Under the pieces are notes generated by a model. The model was not told the DNA's origin and searched no databases. It worked only from the letters and a program-made list of their open reading frames with translations. The position numbers were made by a program, and so were the translations under genes. Shown one piece after another: positions 1-10,014 of a stretch of 64,000 nucleotides of DNA (the first letter of the stretch is position 1; each line of letters begins with the position of its first letter). Source of the DNA: a virus; the IMG/VR virus record IMGVR_UViG_3300033143_005193, positions 46,777-110,776 of that record, one strand, 5' to 3'.

Positions 1-712
1 TACGATTTCAGATCATAGACACACAGGCCCAAATCATACACATACGATACCAAGCCATGCCCACACAACAGGTGATTGTACTCTAACAATAGATCAAATG
101 CCGAGGCATAGACATTTTATTGCTAGTTATGCTAGTTATGAGGGTATGGGACATAATTTAGCTAAAGATGCTGGTGGTTATGGTGGTGGTTTATATACTC
201 AATATACAGGTGGTGATCCATCAACATATGAAACACAACCACATAATCACGGTAGTACTGGACTTGGAGGGTCAGGTAATACCGGAACATCAGGAACAGG
301 ATATACTGGATATAGTGGTGTTGGTAATACTGGAGCGTCGGGAACTGGTAATACTGGGCTTGGTGGTGGTGGTAATACTGGAACATCAGGAACAGGTCTA
401 ACAGGAGAAAGTGGTGCTGGTAATACCGGAGCATCAGGAAACGGATATACTGGATATAGTGGAGCCGGTAATACCGGGACATCAGGAGACGGATATACCG
501 GATATAGTGGAGCGGGTAATACCGGAGCATCAGGAACTGGTTTAACAGGAGAAAGTGGTGCTGGTAATACAGGAGCATCAGGAAACGGATATACTGGATA
601 TAGTGGAACAGATTTAACAGGATATAGTGGAACTGGTTTGACTGGAACATCAGCCACGGTAAATACTTGGCGACCAAAAGGTAGAAATTTTACAAGACAA
701 CAAAAATTATAA
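1..712 (+). CDS. Tail fibre/needle protein, C-terminal part (5' truncated), HxH motifs and G-x-T-G-x-S-G-x repeats
   Basis: Frame open from base 2 (TISDHRHTGPNHTHTIPSHAHT...MPRHRH...PHNH), then 8-aa Gly/Thr/Ser repeats. Confidence 0.7.
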   Translation, partial: TISDHRHTGPNHTHTIPSHAHTTGDCTLTIDQMPRHRHFIASYASYEGMGHNLAKDAGGYGGGLYTQYTGGDPSTYETQPHNHGSTGLGGSGNTGTSGTGYTGYSGVGNTGASGTGNTGLGGGGNTGTSGTGLTGESGAGNTGASGNGYTGYSGAGNTGTSGDGYTGYSGAGNTGASGTGLTGESGAGNTGASGNGYTGYSGTDLTGYSGTGLTGTSATVNTWRPKGRNFTRQQKL

Positions 713-721
713 AATAGGAGA

Positions 722-1072
722 ATGATTAATATGTTAAATAAGAAAAAAGATGAAAACAAAGGATTATGTCCATTTAATAATCTTAAACCATGTAATGAAA
801 AGTGTGCTTTTTTTAGATCTGGAGTGAGATATACTGAAATAAATGGTGAACCATTTCCATTTAAAGAATGTGCTATAAATATCATAGCTGATAATTTGGA
901 ATCAATGCATAATAGAACTTATATGATGCAAAAAGAAGTTGGTGAAACTAAAAATACAATAGCAATGAAAATTCTTTCGGATCTTGGTGTTGGATCTATT
1001 GAAGAAACAACAAGATTGGCTGTAAGGGTTTTGGGTCTTGATAAAAAAGAAGAAACAAAAAAATTAGAATAG
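722..1072 (+). CDS. Hypothetical protein with Cys cluster
   Basis: 116 aa ORF, AGGAG RBS, CPF-x5-C-x3-C. Confidence 0.6.
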   Translation: MINMLNKKKDENKGLCPFNNLKPCNEKCAFFRSGVRYTEINGEPFPFKECAINIIADNLESMHNRTYMMQKEVGETKNTIAMKILSDLGVGSIEETTRLAVRVLGLDKKEETKKLE

Positions 1073-1074
1073 TG

Positions 1075-1103
1075 TTTACATCCACTTAAAAATGTTTTAT
1101 ACT
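1075..1103 (+). promoter_or_regulatory. Sigma70-like promoter upstream of gp55
   Basis: TTTACA-N17-TATACT. Confidence 0.55.
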
Positions 1104-1135
1104 TATAAAAAAATAAAAGGATGGTATGAAACATC

Positions 1136-1555
1136 ATGGGTGAAGATTATGTAAATAACGAAGAATTATTAGAAGAAATTAAAAAATTCAAGAAAACTAA
1201 TAAGTATTCAGAAAGATTAGGTGAAATGATTCTTTTAATAGCTACCAATTATTCTAACCTCGGTAGTTTCAATGGCTATACCTGGAAAGATGATATGATA
1301 GGTGAAGCTGTTTTAACTTGTTTGAAATATCTTCATAATTTTAATCCTGATAAACAGATAAAACCAAATCCATTTGCTTATATAGGAACAATCGTTCATA
1401 GATCTTTTGTAAACTTTATAAAAAAACAAAAAAAACATAGATATATAAAGGATTATTGTTATAAAAATCTATCTTTATTGGATGGTAATGAATATTATTT
1501 TATGAAATCAATAAATTATGAATCAATGAAACCTGTTAGTGGGAGGAAAAAATGA
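1136..1555 (+). CDS. gp55: T4-like late transcription sigma factor gp55
   Basis: YVNNEEL...F-GYTWKDDMIGEA...NFNPDK..NPFAYI; upstream of gp47/gp46 as in T4. Confidence 0.88.
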   Translation: MGEDYVNNEELLEEIKKFKKTNKYSERLGEMILLIATNYSNLGSFNGYTWKDDMIGEAVLTCLKYLHNFNPDKQIKPNPFAYIGTIVHRSFVNFIKKQKKHRYIKDYCYKNLSLLDGNEYYFMKSINYESMKPVSGRKK

Positions 1556-1896
1556 CATTTTTTGTTTTAGGTATGTACACAATGGCAACGATTATTATGG
1601 TTATATCAGTTGTGTATAATTTTTATCTTGTCAATAAAATTAAAAAAAAGAGTAATGAAGAATTGGAAAAAATAAAATCTCTTAGAAATGAGGAACTTAA
1701 AGATATTAATAATAATAAAATAGAAATAGATGAAATTATTGAAGAAATGAAAAATAGAATAGATAAAATACAAACAGAAAATACTTCTTTTAAAGAAACT
1801 TTTAAAAAAGATATTGATAATAGTATAGTTATTGTAAATGAAAATATTAAAAATATAGAAAAAGAAATAAGCGAAATAAAATCAATGATTCAATAA
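1552..1896 (+). CDS. Membrane-anchored coiled-coil protein
   Basis: N-terminal hydrophobic helix then K/E-rich heptads. Confidence 0.55.
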   Translation: MTFFVLGMYTMATIIMVISVVYNFYLVNKIKKKSNEELEKIKSLRNEELKDINNNKIEIDEIIEEMKNRIDKIQTENTSFKETFKKDIDNSIVIVNENIKNIEKEISEIKSMIQ

Positions 1897-1913
1897 CATA
1901 GAAAGGATAATTT

Positions 1914-2909
1914 GTGAAATTTTTACTTGTTTCAGATACACATTTAGGATTATATAATGATTCCGATATATGGTTAGATGTAACTACTAATCTTTTTAAC
2001 GAAATAATAGATACTTGTGTAAAAGAAAATATAAATAAAATAATACATTTGGGTGATTTTTTTCATAATCACAAAGCCATAAACACAAAAACATTAGATG
2101 TTTCAAAGAAAATTGCTGAAAATTTAGAAGAAGAAAAAATAACAACGTACATGATAGTAGGTAATCATGATTGTTATTACAGAAATACAATAAAACCAAA
2201 CACTCTAAGCGTATTTAAAAAACACAAATATATCAAGATTATAGAAGAACCATATATTTTGGAAAATATTCTTCTCCTTCCTTGGGGTTTCTATCCAGAA
2301 CAAGAATCAAAATACTGTATGGGACATTTTGAAATATCTGGATTTCTTATGAATGATAATTTTACCTGTAAAACAGGTTTAAGTTATAAATCATTTGAGA
2401 AATTCGATAGGGTATTTTCTGGTCATTTCCATAAATCATCAACAAATTATAATATAACATATCTTGGTAATCCATTTCAACAAGATTTTCATGATTCCGA
2501 ACATATTAAAGGATATTATATATTTGACAACGAAAGCGGTGAATTAAGATTTATAGAATTTACAGATTATCCAAAATTTGTTACTATAAGAATAGAGAAT
2601 TATAAAGATACTGATGTTACTGGAAATATTATAAAAATTCTTTTCGAAAAAGATTATGGTACAAATAAAAATAATAAACTTATTGATGAATTATATAAAT
2701 TAAATCCTTTAAAGATAAAAAGCACTAGAATATTGAATAGTGAAGATGAAGAATCTCTTGAAAGAGAAGAAAATGAAGAAGAAATTGTTCTTGATAATAA
2801 AAAATTGATGTTAGAATATATTGAAAAATATGAGAAAATACCGAAAAATATTAAAAAAGTTGTATTGAAAAATATGTTTAATACAATAGTTAATAATTTA
2901 GAGGAATAA
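1914..2909 (+). CDS. gp47: Recombination endonuclease subunit (gp47, Mre11/SbcD-like)
   Basis: SDTHLG, HLGDFF, GNHD, SGHFH metallophosphoesterase motifs. Confidence 0.9.
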   Translation: MKFLLVSDTHLGLYNDSDIWLDVTTNLFNEIIDTCVKENINKIIHLGDFFHNHKAINTKTLDVSKKIAENLEEEKITTYMIVGNHDCYYRNTIKPNTLSVFKKHKYIKIIEEPYILENILLLPWGFYPEQESKYCMGHFEISGFLMNDNFTCKTGLSYKSFEKFDRVFSGHFHKSSTNYNITYLGNPFQQDFHDSEHIKGYYIFDNESGELRFIEFTDYPKFVTIRIENYKDTDVTGNIIKILFEKDYGTNKNNKLIDELYKLNPLKIKSTRILNSEDEESLEREENEEEIVLDNKKLMLEYIEKYEKIPKNIKKVVLKNMFNTIVNNLEE

Positions 2910-3056
2910 ATATGTCATCTTATAGTTTTATTAGTTATAGAGAACTGCCAAGAAAACCCCGTTCGCTTGCGGCGGGGATGAATTGGCATAATATTTTTAA
3001 AAAATAACTTGATAAACACTGAATATAATAGTATATTATACATGTAAATAGGTGGT

Positions 3057-3209
3057 GTGGATAATGAATATAGCTCAAAGGAACGGAAAAGAGAGTTAGA
3101 GAGACTTACCAGAGTCTTCTCTATTGAGGAAGAGAATATATTAACTTATTTTGATTTAATTAGACTGGCAATTAAAGAAAAATATGGTTTGGAAGAAATA
3201 GGAAAATGA
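3057..3209 (+). pseudogene. Degenerate ribbon-helix-helix regulator within the IS
   Basis: ...KRELERLTRVFSIEEENILTYFDLIRLAIKEKYGL; N-terminal strand (MNIQINIALPKEW) survives only in the second copy at ~56445-56488. Confidence 0.5.
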
Positions 3210-3609
3210 GAGAATATAAGTCAACATCACATTGTAAATATTTATGTCAGTACCACATCATTTTCTGCCCAAAATTTCGATATTCTGTTTAAAGGGAGAT
3301 ATTGAAATCAGTTTAAAAGAAATATTGGTAGATGTGGCAAATAGATACGAATATGAAATAATCCAAATGGAAGTGATACCAGACCATATTCATATATTTG
3401 TTGGCGCTAAACCAACTGTTGCTCCGATAGATATAGTAAGGATTTTTAAAAGTATTACAGCTATTGAATTGTTTAAGAAATATCCAAAGTTGAAATCTTT
3501 TTATTGGAGATGTGGTTCTCTTTGGTCAGTGGGAAAATTCATATCAACTATTGGTAATGTTTCTGCAGAAACAATCAAAAAATATATTGCAGAGCAAAAA
3601 GGGAAGTAA
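3206..3609 (+). pseudogene. tnpA: IS200-type Y1 transposase TnpA, frameshifted at ~3290
   Basis: MREYKSTSHCKYLCQYHIIFCPKFRYSV* then other frame KGDIE...DHIHIF (HUH)...IKKYIAEQ; one T missing in GTT TTA AAG. Confidence 0.85.
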
Positions 3610-3612
3610 AAT

Positions 3613-4686
3613 ATGTTGGTGCGAAGAGGCTATAAATATAGAATAATACCAACTAAAGAACAAGAGAAATCCTTGCTTCAACATGGCGGTAATACCAGAT
3701 TCTTATGGAATTATGCTCTTAAAACAAACCAAGATTATTATAAAGAAACTGGTAAATTTAAGTTTTATTATGAATTAGCTGCTTCATTACCAAAGCTTAA
3801 GGAAGAGTATCCCTTCCTTAAGAAATCATTCTCACAGTCTTTACAAATGGTTTTAAGACAATTTGATAAGGCATTGAAAGATTTTTTTAAAAAAGAGAAA
3901 GGATTCCCAACTTTTAAAAAGAAAATGTTGTTAAATGATAGCTTTACTTGCCCTCAAAAATGGCGATTGGGAAAAGGCTTTATTTTTATACCTAAGATAG
4001 GAGAAGTAAAATGGATAAAGCATAGGGCTATGAAAGGCAATCCTAAATCAATAACCATCTCACAGGATGGCAATAAATGGTATTGTTCTGTTTTATGTGA
4101 ATATGAAATAATTGAAAAAGAAAAAGGTTTTACTGATATTGTAGGTTGCGATGTTGGGTTAAAAGAATTTGCCACACTATCTAATGGAACTATTATAAGC
4201 AATCCCAAACATATAAAAAAATATGAAAAGAAGTTGGTAAAAGAACAAAGAAAACTAAGCAAGAAGAAAAAAGGAAGTAAAAACAGATTTAAACAAAGGC
4301 TTAAAGTTAGGAAGATTCAAAACAAAATAAGAAATGTTCGTAGAGATTTTCTACATAAAACATCTAATTCGATAGCCAAGAATTACGATGGAATATGTTT
4401 AGAAGATTTGAATATTAAAGGAATGATGAAAAACCACTATCTCGCTAAGTCAATCAGTGATGTTTCGTGGTCGGAATTTAATAGACAACTTGAATACAAA
4501 TGTAAGTGGAATTTTAAACATTATATTAAAATTGGAAGATTTGAACCAACAAGTAAAAAATGTTCAAATTGCGGATGTATTCAAGAAATGCCTTTGAGTA
4601 AAAGAATATTTAATTGTCCTGATTGTGGAGTGTCAATTGACAGGGATTTAAATGCATCTATAAATATCAAAAATATAGGATTTTAG
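3613..4686 (+). CDS. tnpB: RNA-guided endonuclease TnpB
   Basis: N-terminal YKYRIIPTKEQ, RuvC-I GCDVG, RuvC-II LEDL, Zn finger CSNC/CPDC, RuvC-III DRDLNAS. Confidence 0.95.
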   Translation: MLVRRGYKYRIIPTKEQEKSLLQHGGNTRFLWNYALKTNQDYYKETGKFKFYYELAASLPKLKEEYPFLKKSFSQSLQMVLRQFDKALKDFFKKEKGFPTFKKKMLLNDSFTCPQKWRLGKGFIFIPKIGEVKWIKHRAMKGNPKSITISQDGNKWYCSVLCEYEIIEKEKGFTDIVGCDVGLKEFATLSNGTIISNPKHIKKYEKKLVKEQRKLSKKKKGSKNRFKQRLKVRKIQNKIRNVRRDFLHKTSNSIAKNYDGICLEDLNIKGMMKNHYLAKSISDVSWSEFNRQLEYKCKWNFKHYIKIGRFEPTSKKCSNCGCIQEMPLSKRIFNCPDCGVSIDRDLNASINIKNIGF

Positions 4687-4817
4687 TAAACTAAGCAGAA
4701 GCCACGGGGCTTGCCCTGTGGAGTGTCACGGAATGATTTTCTATGCAATAAATATTTTTCAACAAAACAAGAAGAAAAAAATAAATCATTGATTATTGAG
4801 GAAATTGATTTAACTAT

Positions 4818-5033
4818 ATGAAAAAAATAATAATTCTTATAATATCATTGTTTTTGTTTACTGGTTGTGCTTCTACTTATGATAGAACTGAATCAATAAT
4901 GATTGGTACTGGTGTTGGTATGATATCAGGAGTATTATTATTGAGCGGACCCGGTTCTATTGTTTTAAGTGGTGCTGCTGGTGGTTTAACTGGTTACACA
5001 TATTACAAAATAAACGATAAGGAAAGGAAATAA
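4818..5033 (+). CDS. Small lipoprotein with glycine zipper
   Basis: Signal peptide with FTGC lipobox, GxxxG repeats. Confidence 0.65.
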   Translation: MKKIIILIISLFLFTGCASTYDRTESIMIGTGVGMISGVLLLSGPGSIVLSGAAGGLTGYTYYKINDKERK

Positions 5034-5036
5034 AAT

Positions 5037-5489
5037 ATGGGAAAATTTGAAGATGTTACTGATGATGTTTATGAAATGTTGAGATCTATTATTAAAGATC
5101 ATTTTCCTGAATTGGTAAACGCGGGGTTCAAGATTCTTTTTAGTACAAAGAAAAAAACATCTGGTGGTAAAATTTGTTTTGCTTGGATTCAGAAAACAAA
5201 CGAATTAATTAGACACTTAACAACCGAAGAATCCGGTAGCGAAGATGGTTATGATTATATTATATATATTGATAAACTTATATGGGATAATATAGAAGAG
5301 GCGGATAAAATTAGACTTTTGAGACATGAATTAAGACATACTCATGTTGATTTAGAATCAAATAATCCTTATAAGATAAGAGGACATAGCATAGAAGATT
5401 TTTATTCTGAAATAGAATTAAATAAAGATGATCCGAGATGGGCTCAACGTGTTTCTGTTATAGCAGAAAGTCTTTATACTAGGGAATAA
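5037..5489 (+). CDS. Putative phage metallopeptidase
   Basis: LLRHELRH (HExxH) and downstream HSIEDF. Confidence 0.7.
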   Translation: MGKFEDVTDDVYEMLRSIIKDHFPELVNAGFKILFSTKKKTSGGKICFAWIQKTNELIRHLTTEESGSEDGYDYIIYIDKLIWDNIEEADKIRLLRHELRHTHVDLESNNPYKIRGHSIEDFYSEIELNKDDPRWAQRVSVIAESLYTRE

Positions 5490-5491
5490 TA

Positions 5492-7672
5492 ATGAAAATA
5501 GAATTAAATTCCATTAAATTTAGAAATTTTTTATCATATGGTTCTAGATGGAATGAAGTTGATATTCTACCTGGAATGAATATTGTTTTAGGTAAAGATA
5601 AAGATACTGATATGAGCAATGGGGTTGGTAAGAGTGTGTTTTTAGAAACAATTCCATTTGCTTTATATGGTAAAGTAATAAGAGATATTAATAAAGCTGA
5701 TATAGTAAATTGGAAAAATAGAAGAAATTGTGAAGTTGTATTAAATTTCACTAAAGGTAATAACAAATATACAATATTAAGAGCTATTAAGCCTGATAAA
5801 TTTGAAATATATAAGAATGATGTATTATTACCGAAAATGAATGCTAATGATTATCAAGATTTTTTAACTAATGAAATCATTGGTTATAATCTTGAGACAT
5901 TTAAATCACTTATGCATACAAATATAAAGAATAATACATCCATTCTTAAAATGAAAAAGCCTGAAAAAAGAAAAATGCTTGAATATATATTTGGGCTTGA
6001 TTTGTTTACATTAGTTAATAAAGAAATAAACGATAAGATTAACTATACAGAAAATAAGATATATGATTATAACAATAAAATAGCTTTTAATGATACAAAT
6101 ATTTCAAATAGTTCATCTTTGATAGAAGATTATAAAAGAAGAATTAGAAACGTTGGTAATTCAAAAGATGAATTAGATGATTTAAAAGAAAAAATCAATA
6201 AGCTTCAAAAAAATCTCCAAGAAACAGAATATGATAAGAAAGATGTTCAATTTATTCTTGATAATTTAAATCTTGAATATAATAACAATGACATAAAAAT
6301 TAAAAATATAAATAATAAAATAAAAATAGCAAAGACTAAGAAATCTTCATCTCTTTCTTTTATAGAAAAATCCAAGAAAATGATAGAGAATGAAAGAAAG
6401 AGAAAAAAAGAAATAGAAGAAATACAAAGTAAATATGGTGATCGTGAAAACATTGAGTCTAAAATAAAAGATATCAAAAAAATAATAGAAGAGTTAGAAA
6501 AAAATAAAGAGTCACTAAAGGATAAGATAGATAAACAATCAAAAGAAGAAAATCTTCTTTCATATAAAATAAAAGAAATAGAAAAATTATTGAATAAATT
6601 GGGTGATAATAATAATTGTCCTCTTTGTGGTGCTGATCTAAAAAATAATAATCTATTAAACAAAAAGAAAGAAGAGTATAAAGTAATTATAAAGAATAAA
6701 GAAGAAATAAATGAAATATTAAAAAAACTTAAAGAAGACTTCAATACTAATAAAAAAGAAATAAAGAAAAATGAAGAAAATTTAAGAATTCATTCAAATA
6801 TATTAACTAATTTATCATATCTCGAAAAGAATGAAATGAAAAATGATGAAAATATACCATCTATTGACAAAATTAAAAGATATGATAAAGCTATTAGAAT
6901 TTTAGAGAATCTTATAAATGAAATAGAAGAAAAGAATAAGAAAATATTGACAGACATAAATCTTAAAAATGAAATTCTTAATGATATCAATAAAATAGAA
7001 AAAGGTATTGAAATTTTAGAAAGAAAAATACAAGAAGTAAACATTAAAATAGAAAACGAAGAAAATCGTAAAAAAGAACTAAATGATATGATAAAAAATG
7101 AAGAAAAGAAGATTATATCATATCGTTCAGAAAATAAAGAATATCAGAAAAAATTAAAAAAATTAATTGAAATATTAGATCATTTTAAATTCTTAAAAGA
7201 ATTATGTAAAGATGAAAATATCAAACAATATGCTATATCATCTTTTATTCCGGGAATAAATAAAAGAACAAATGAATATCTTAATACAATAGGTCATAGT
7301 TTTTATACTACAATGAATAATTGGATGGATATAACAATAAAAGGGCCTGGTAAACCAAATATTCCATATGATTCATTGTCAGGTGGTGAAAGTTGCTCGA
7401 TTGATATGGCATTAAAACTTGCTATGCTTGATTTTACCAGAATGGTATCAGAATCATATCCAGATCTTATTGTATTTGATGAATTGTTGGATACTTCTGT
7501 TGACAGTATAGGAATTACAAATATGTTAAAAATTGTTGAACAGAAACAAAAAAGAGAAAATGGTAAGTTTTTTATTATAAGCCATAGAACAGAAATAGGT
7601 GAATTATTGGAACCTGATAATGTTTATTTTGTTGAGAAGTCCAATGGCTTTTCAACTATTACGATTCGATGA
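5492..7672 (+). CDS. gp46: Recombination ATPase (gp46, Rad50/SbcC-like)
   Basis: FRNFLSYG, NGVGKS, CPLC hook, LSGGE, FDELLD, ISH. Confidence 0.92.
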   Translation: MKIELNSIKFRNFLSYGSRWNEVDILPGMNIVLGKDKDTDMSNGVGKSVFLETIPFALYGKVIRDINKADIVNWKNRRNCEVVLNFTKGNNKYTILRAIKPDKFEIYKNDVLLPKMNANDYQDFLTNEIIGYNLETFKSLMHTNIKNNTSILKMKKPEKRKMLEYIFGLDLFTLVNKEINDKINYTENKIYDYNNKIAFNDTNISNSSSLIEDYKRRIRNVGNSKDELDDLKEKINKLQKNLQETEYDKKDVQFILDNLNLEYNNNDIKIKNINNKIKIAKTKKSSSLSFIEKSKKMIENERKRKKEIEEIQSKYGDRENIESKIKDIKKIIEELEKNKESLKDKIDKQSKEENLLSYKIKEIEKLLNKLGDNNNCPLCGADLKNNNLLNKKKEEYKVIIKNKEEINEILKKLKEDFNTNKKEIKKNEENLRIHSNILTNLSYLEKNEMKNDENIPSIDKIKRYDKAIRILENLINEIEEKNKKILTDINLKNEILNDINKIEKGIEILERKIQEVNIKIENEENRKKELNDMIKNEEKKIISYRSENKEYQKKLKKLIEILDHFKFLKELCKDENIKQYAISSFIPGINKRTNEYLNTIGHSFYTTMNNWMDITIKGPGKPNIPYDSLSGGESCSIDMALKLAMLDFTRMVSESYPDLIVFDELLDTSVDSIGITNMLKIVEQKQKRENGKFFIISHRTEIGELLEPDNVYFVEKSNGFSTITIR

Positions 7673-7743
7673 ATTGTATGAATCCGTACAATGAGTTTTT
7701 TGATAATATATTATTACTAATATAAAAAGGGGAATAAAATTAA

Positions 7744-8895
7744 ATGACTGATAATGTTTTTAACGCTTTAAAAGATAAAATAAACAAGAATATAAAAGGA
7801 GCCCATGTATCAATCTTAGAGGATTCTGATATTGCTTCGAGAAGAACATGGATAAAAACACCTGCTTATGATTTGAATAGAGTTTTGTCAGGTGATCTTT
7901 TTAAAGGAATTCAAAGTAGAAATCTTGTTGCTATTGTTGGTCCTGAACACACAATGAAATCTTCTTTCATGGTTTTATGTATGGCTGAAGCTCAAAAAAA
8001 TGGTTTAAAACCAATAATTATAGATACAGAAGGTGGAATAACAAGTGATTTTTGCAAAAGATGGGGATTGGATACAAAAAATATTCTATATATTTATACA
8101 CCTTGGATACATGAAGTAAAATCTATTTTAGCTCAAATAAGAGAATCGGGTGAAGAAAATTATATCATAGGACTTGATTCCGTTGGTGGTTTAGATAAAA
8201 TTAAATCATATGAAGATGCTCTTTCTGGTGATCCAAAAGCAGATCAAGGCGCTCTTCAAAAAGAAATAAGAAGTACTTTAAAACTATTTCTCAATATATG
8301 TATCGCTCAAAATTCTATGGGGATATGTACTGGTCACTTATATGGATCACCCGGTGGTTTTTTTCCTATGCCTGATCAAATTGGTGGTGGAAAAGCTATG
8401 AAGCTCTTTCCTTCTGTAATAATAAGTCTAAAAAAGTCAAATATTGTTTCTGAAAAAAAGGTAATAGGTAGTGAAATCAAAGCAACTACATTAAAAAATA
8501 GATTATATCCACCATTTCAAGAAGCTACGGTAAAATTAAATTATATAGAGGGAATTGATCCTTTTGCTGGGTTGATTGATTTGGCCTTAAAAGCTGGTAT
8601 TATAGAAAAAAGTGGTTCTTGGTATTCTATGGGTAATGTAAAGCTTGGTCAGGGTGTTGATAATGCAATGAAAACATTAACTAATAGTGATGTTGGTGAT
8701 AAATTTCTTATAAAATTGAATTCTTGGTTATCCAAAACAGGATATTCTTCAATTAATAAAGAACTAAAAGAAGCAGCTGAAGATTTAATGAAAGACATTT
8801 CTGAAGAATCTAAAGACGTTTCTGGTGAATCTAAAGATGTTTCTGAAGAAAAAAATATAAAAAAATCTAAAATAAAAATAAATAAAGATAAATAG
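7744..8895 (+). CDS. uvsX: RecA-like recombinase UvsX
   Basis: GPEHTMKS P-loop, IIDTE, LDSVG, GGG, KNR, GSWY. Confidence 0.9.
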   Translation: MTDNVFNALKDKINKNIKGAHVSILEDSDIASRRTWIKTPAYDLNRVLSGDLFKGIQSRNLVAIVGPEHTMKSSFMVLCMAEAQKNGLKPIIIDTEGGITSDFCKRWGLDTKNILYIYTPWIHEVKSILAQIRESGEENYIIGLDSVGGLDKIKSYEDALSGDPKADQGALQKEIRSTLKLFLNICIAQNSMGICTGHLYGSPGGFFPMPDQIGGGKAMKLFPSVIISLKKSNIVSEKKVIGSEIKATTLKNRLYPPFQEATVKLNYIEGIDPFAGLIDLALKAGIIEKSGSWYSMGNVKLGQGVDNAMKTLTNSDVGDKFLIKLNSWLSKTGYSSINKELKEAAEDLMKDISEESKDVSGESKDVSEEKNIKKSKIKINKDK

Positions 8896-8923
8896 AAACG
8901 AGTGTTAAAATGGAAGTAATATA

Positions 8924-9127
8924 ATGAAAAAAGAAACATATTTAAAATTAAAAAAAATAAGCTTAGACGAAATCAATAGTTTCGTTAATATTTTAAATAT
9001 AGGTGATAAATTTTCATTAAAAAAGACGGATAATTTAAAAAAAGGTAATTATATAACTTATTTAGAAGTTATAAATATAAAAAAGAATTCTGTAGAATAC
9101 ATTATAAAAACAGAAAAATTAGAATAA
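8924..9127 (+). CDS. Hypothetical protein
   Basis: 67 aa ORF in operon. Confidence 0.45.
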   Translation: MKKETYLKLKKISLDEINSFVNILNIGDKFSLKKTDNLKKGNYITYLEVINIKKNSVEYIIKTEKLE

Positions 9128-9132
9128 GGAGA

Positions 9133-9516
9133 ATGAAAAATATGGCTATTGAGGTATTTAAAATTAAGTACACAAGACCTTTGTTAGACAAGAATATTAA
9201 TTGGACTGCTCATATTGCAGCGTATTCTTTTCAAGAAGCACAAAATTATCTTTTGAAAACAGTTGGAACTAAAGTGTATATCAATGAATATACATCTGTT
9301 TGTAGATTAGATGCTATTTCTGATGAGGTAAGGAGTAAAATTGTTGGGAAGTCTGTTCAAAACGAACCAAAAAGTCAGGATAAAAGTGTTAGTAAAACCG
9401 AAGAAACTAATAATGAAGAAAAAAGAGTTGGTAGGCCATCTGGTCCATCTAGTGTTAAAAAAGATACTAAAAGGATTTCAATAGGTAGTAATAAAACCGA
9501 AAAGAAAGAAGACTAA
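9133..9516 (+). CDS. Hypothetical protein
   Basis: 127 aa ORF, AAGGAG RBS. Confidence 0.6.
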   Translation: MKNMAIEVFKIKYTRPLLDKNINWTAHIAAYSFQEAQNYLLKTVGTKVYINEYTSVCRLDAISDEVRSKIVGKSVQNEPKSQDKSVSKTEETNNEEKRVGRPSGPSSVKKDTKRISIGSNKTEKKED

Positions 9517-9546
9517 TAATATGTGAATATTAGAAAGGAATTTGTA

Positions 9547-10014
9547 ATGAGTGAAATAAGATTTTTTAAAGGTGATAATAATTGGTTATCTAATTTTTAT
9601 CCATGTGAATTTGTCGATAAGTTTGGTAATAAATGGAAATCAGTAGAACATTATTATCAGGCAAATAAATGCGCAGATAAAAAAGATTTTGAAATGATTA
9701 TGAATGCTAAAACAGCTAAAGAAGCAAAACGTTTAGGTAAAAAGGTTAAATTAAACGAAGATTGGAATTCAATAAAGTTGACAATTATGTTCGAATGTGT
9801 TAATATGAAATTTAATCAAAATCTTTTTTTGAAAAAAATGTTACTATCTACTAATTGTGTAAAATTAATCGAAGGTAATTATTGGCATGATAATTACTGG
9901 GGAAATTGTTATTGTTCCAAATGCTATGAAATTGATGGTAAAAATTATCTCGGAAAAATCTTAATGATGGTAAGAAAAAATATAGGAAAACAATATAATG
10001 ATAGGTGCTTTTAA
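9547..10014 (+). CDS. NADAR (YbiA-like) family protein
   Basis: LSNFY, SVEHYYQA, KF-QN, LIEGN-WHDNYWG, GKN-LGKILM. Confidence 0.9.
   Translation: MSEIRFFKGDNNWLSNFYPCEFVDKFGNKWKSVEHYYQANKCADKKDFEMIMNAKTAKEAKRLGKKVKLNEDWNSIKLTIMFECVNMKFNQNLFLKKMLLSTNCVKLIEGNYWHDNYWGNCYCSKCYEIDGKNYLGKILMMVRKNIGKQYNDRCF

Larger units (their letters stand above)
2939..4729 (+). mobile_element. IS200/IS605-family element (degenerate RHH gene, frameshifted tnpA, intact tnpB), omegaRNA core deleted
   Basis: Left hairpin AAACCCCGTTCGCTTGCGGCGGGGATG (~2954-2980), right hairpin CCACGGGGCTTGCCCTGTGG ending GTGTCAC at 4729; left boundary inferred after TTAT. Confidence 0.85.

Noticed and set aside
162-885. Antisense and alternate-frame ORFs (162-677, 168-401, 247-885) and similar shadow ORFs throughout
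   Set aside because: Artefacts of repetitive or AT-rich coding sequence overlapping well-supported genes
2939-3206. IStron (group I intron-IS fusion)
   Set aside because: Left region is short and explained by the end hairpin, promoter and RHH remnant; no intron core seen
3280-3300. Programmed -1 frameshift in tnpA at TTTAAAG
   Set aside because: The heptamer is out of phase with the upstream frame (GTT TAA); a 1-nt deletion or sequencing error is simpler
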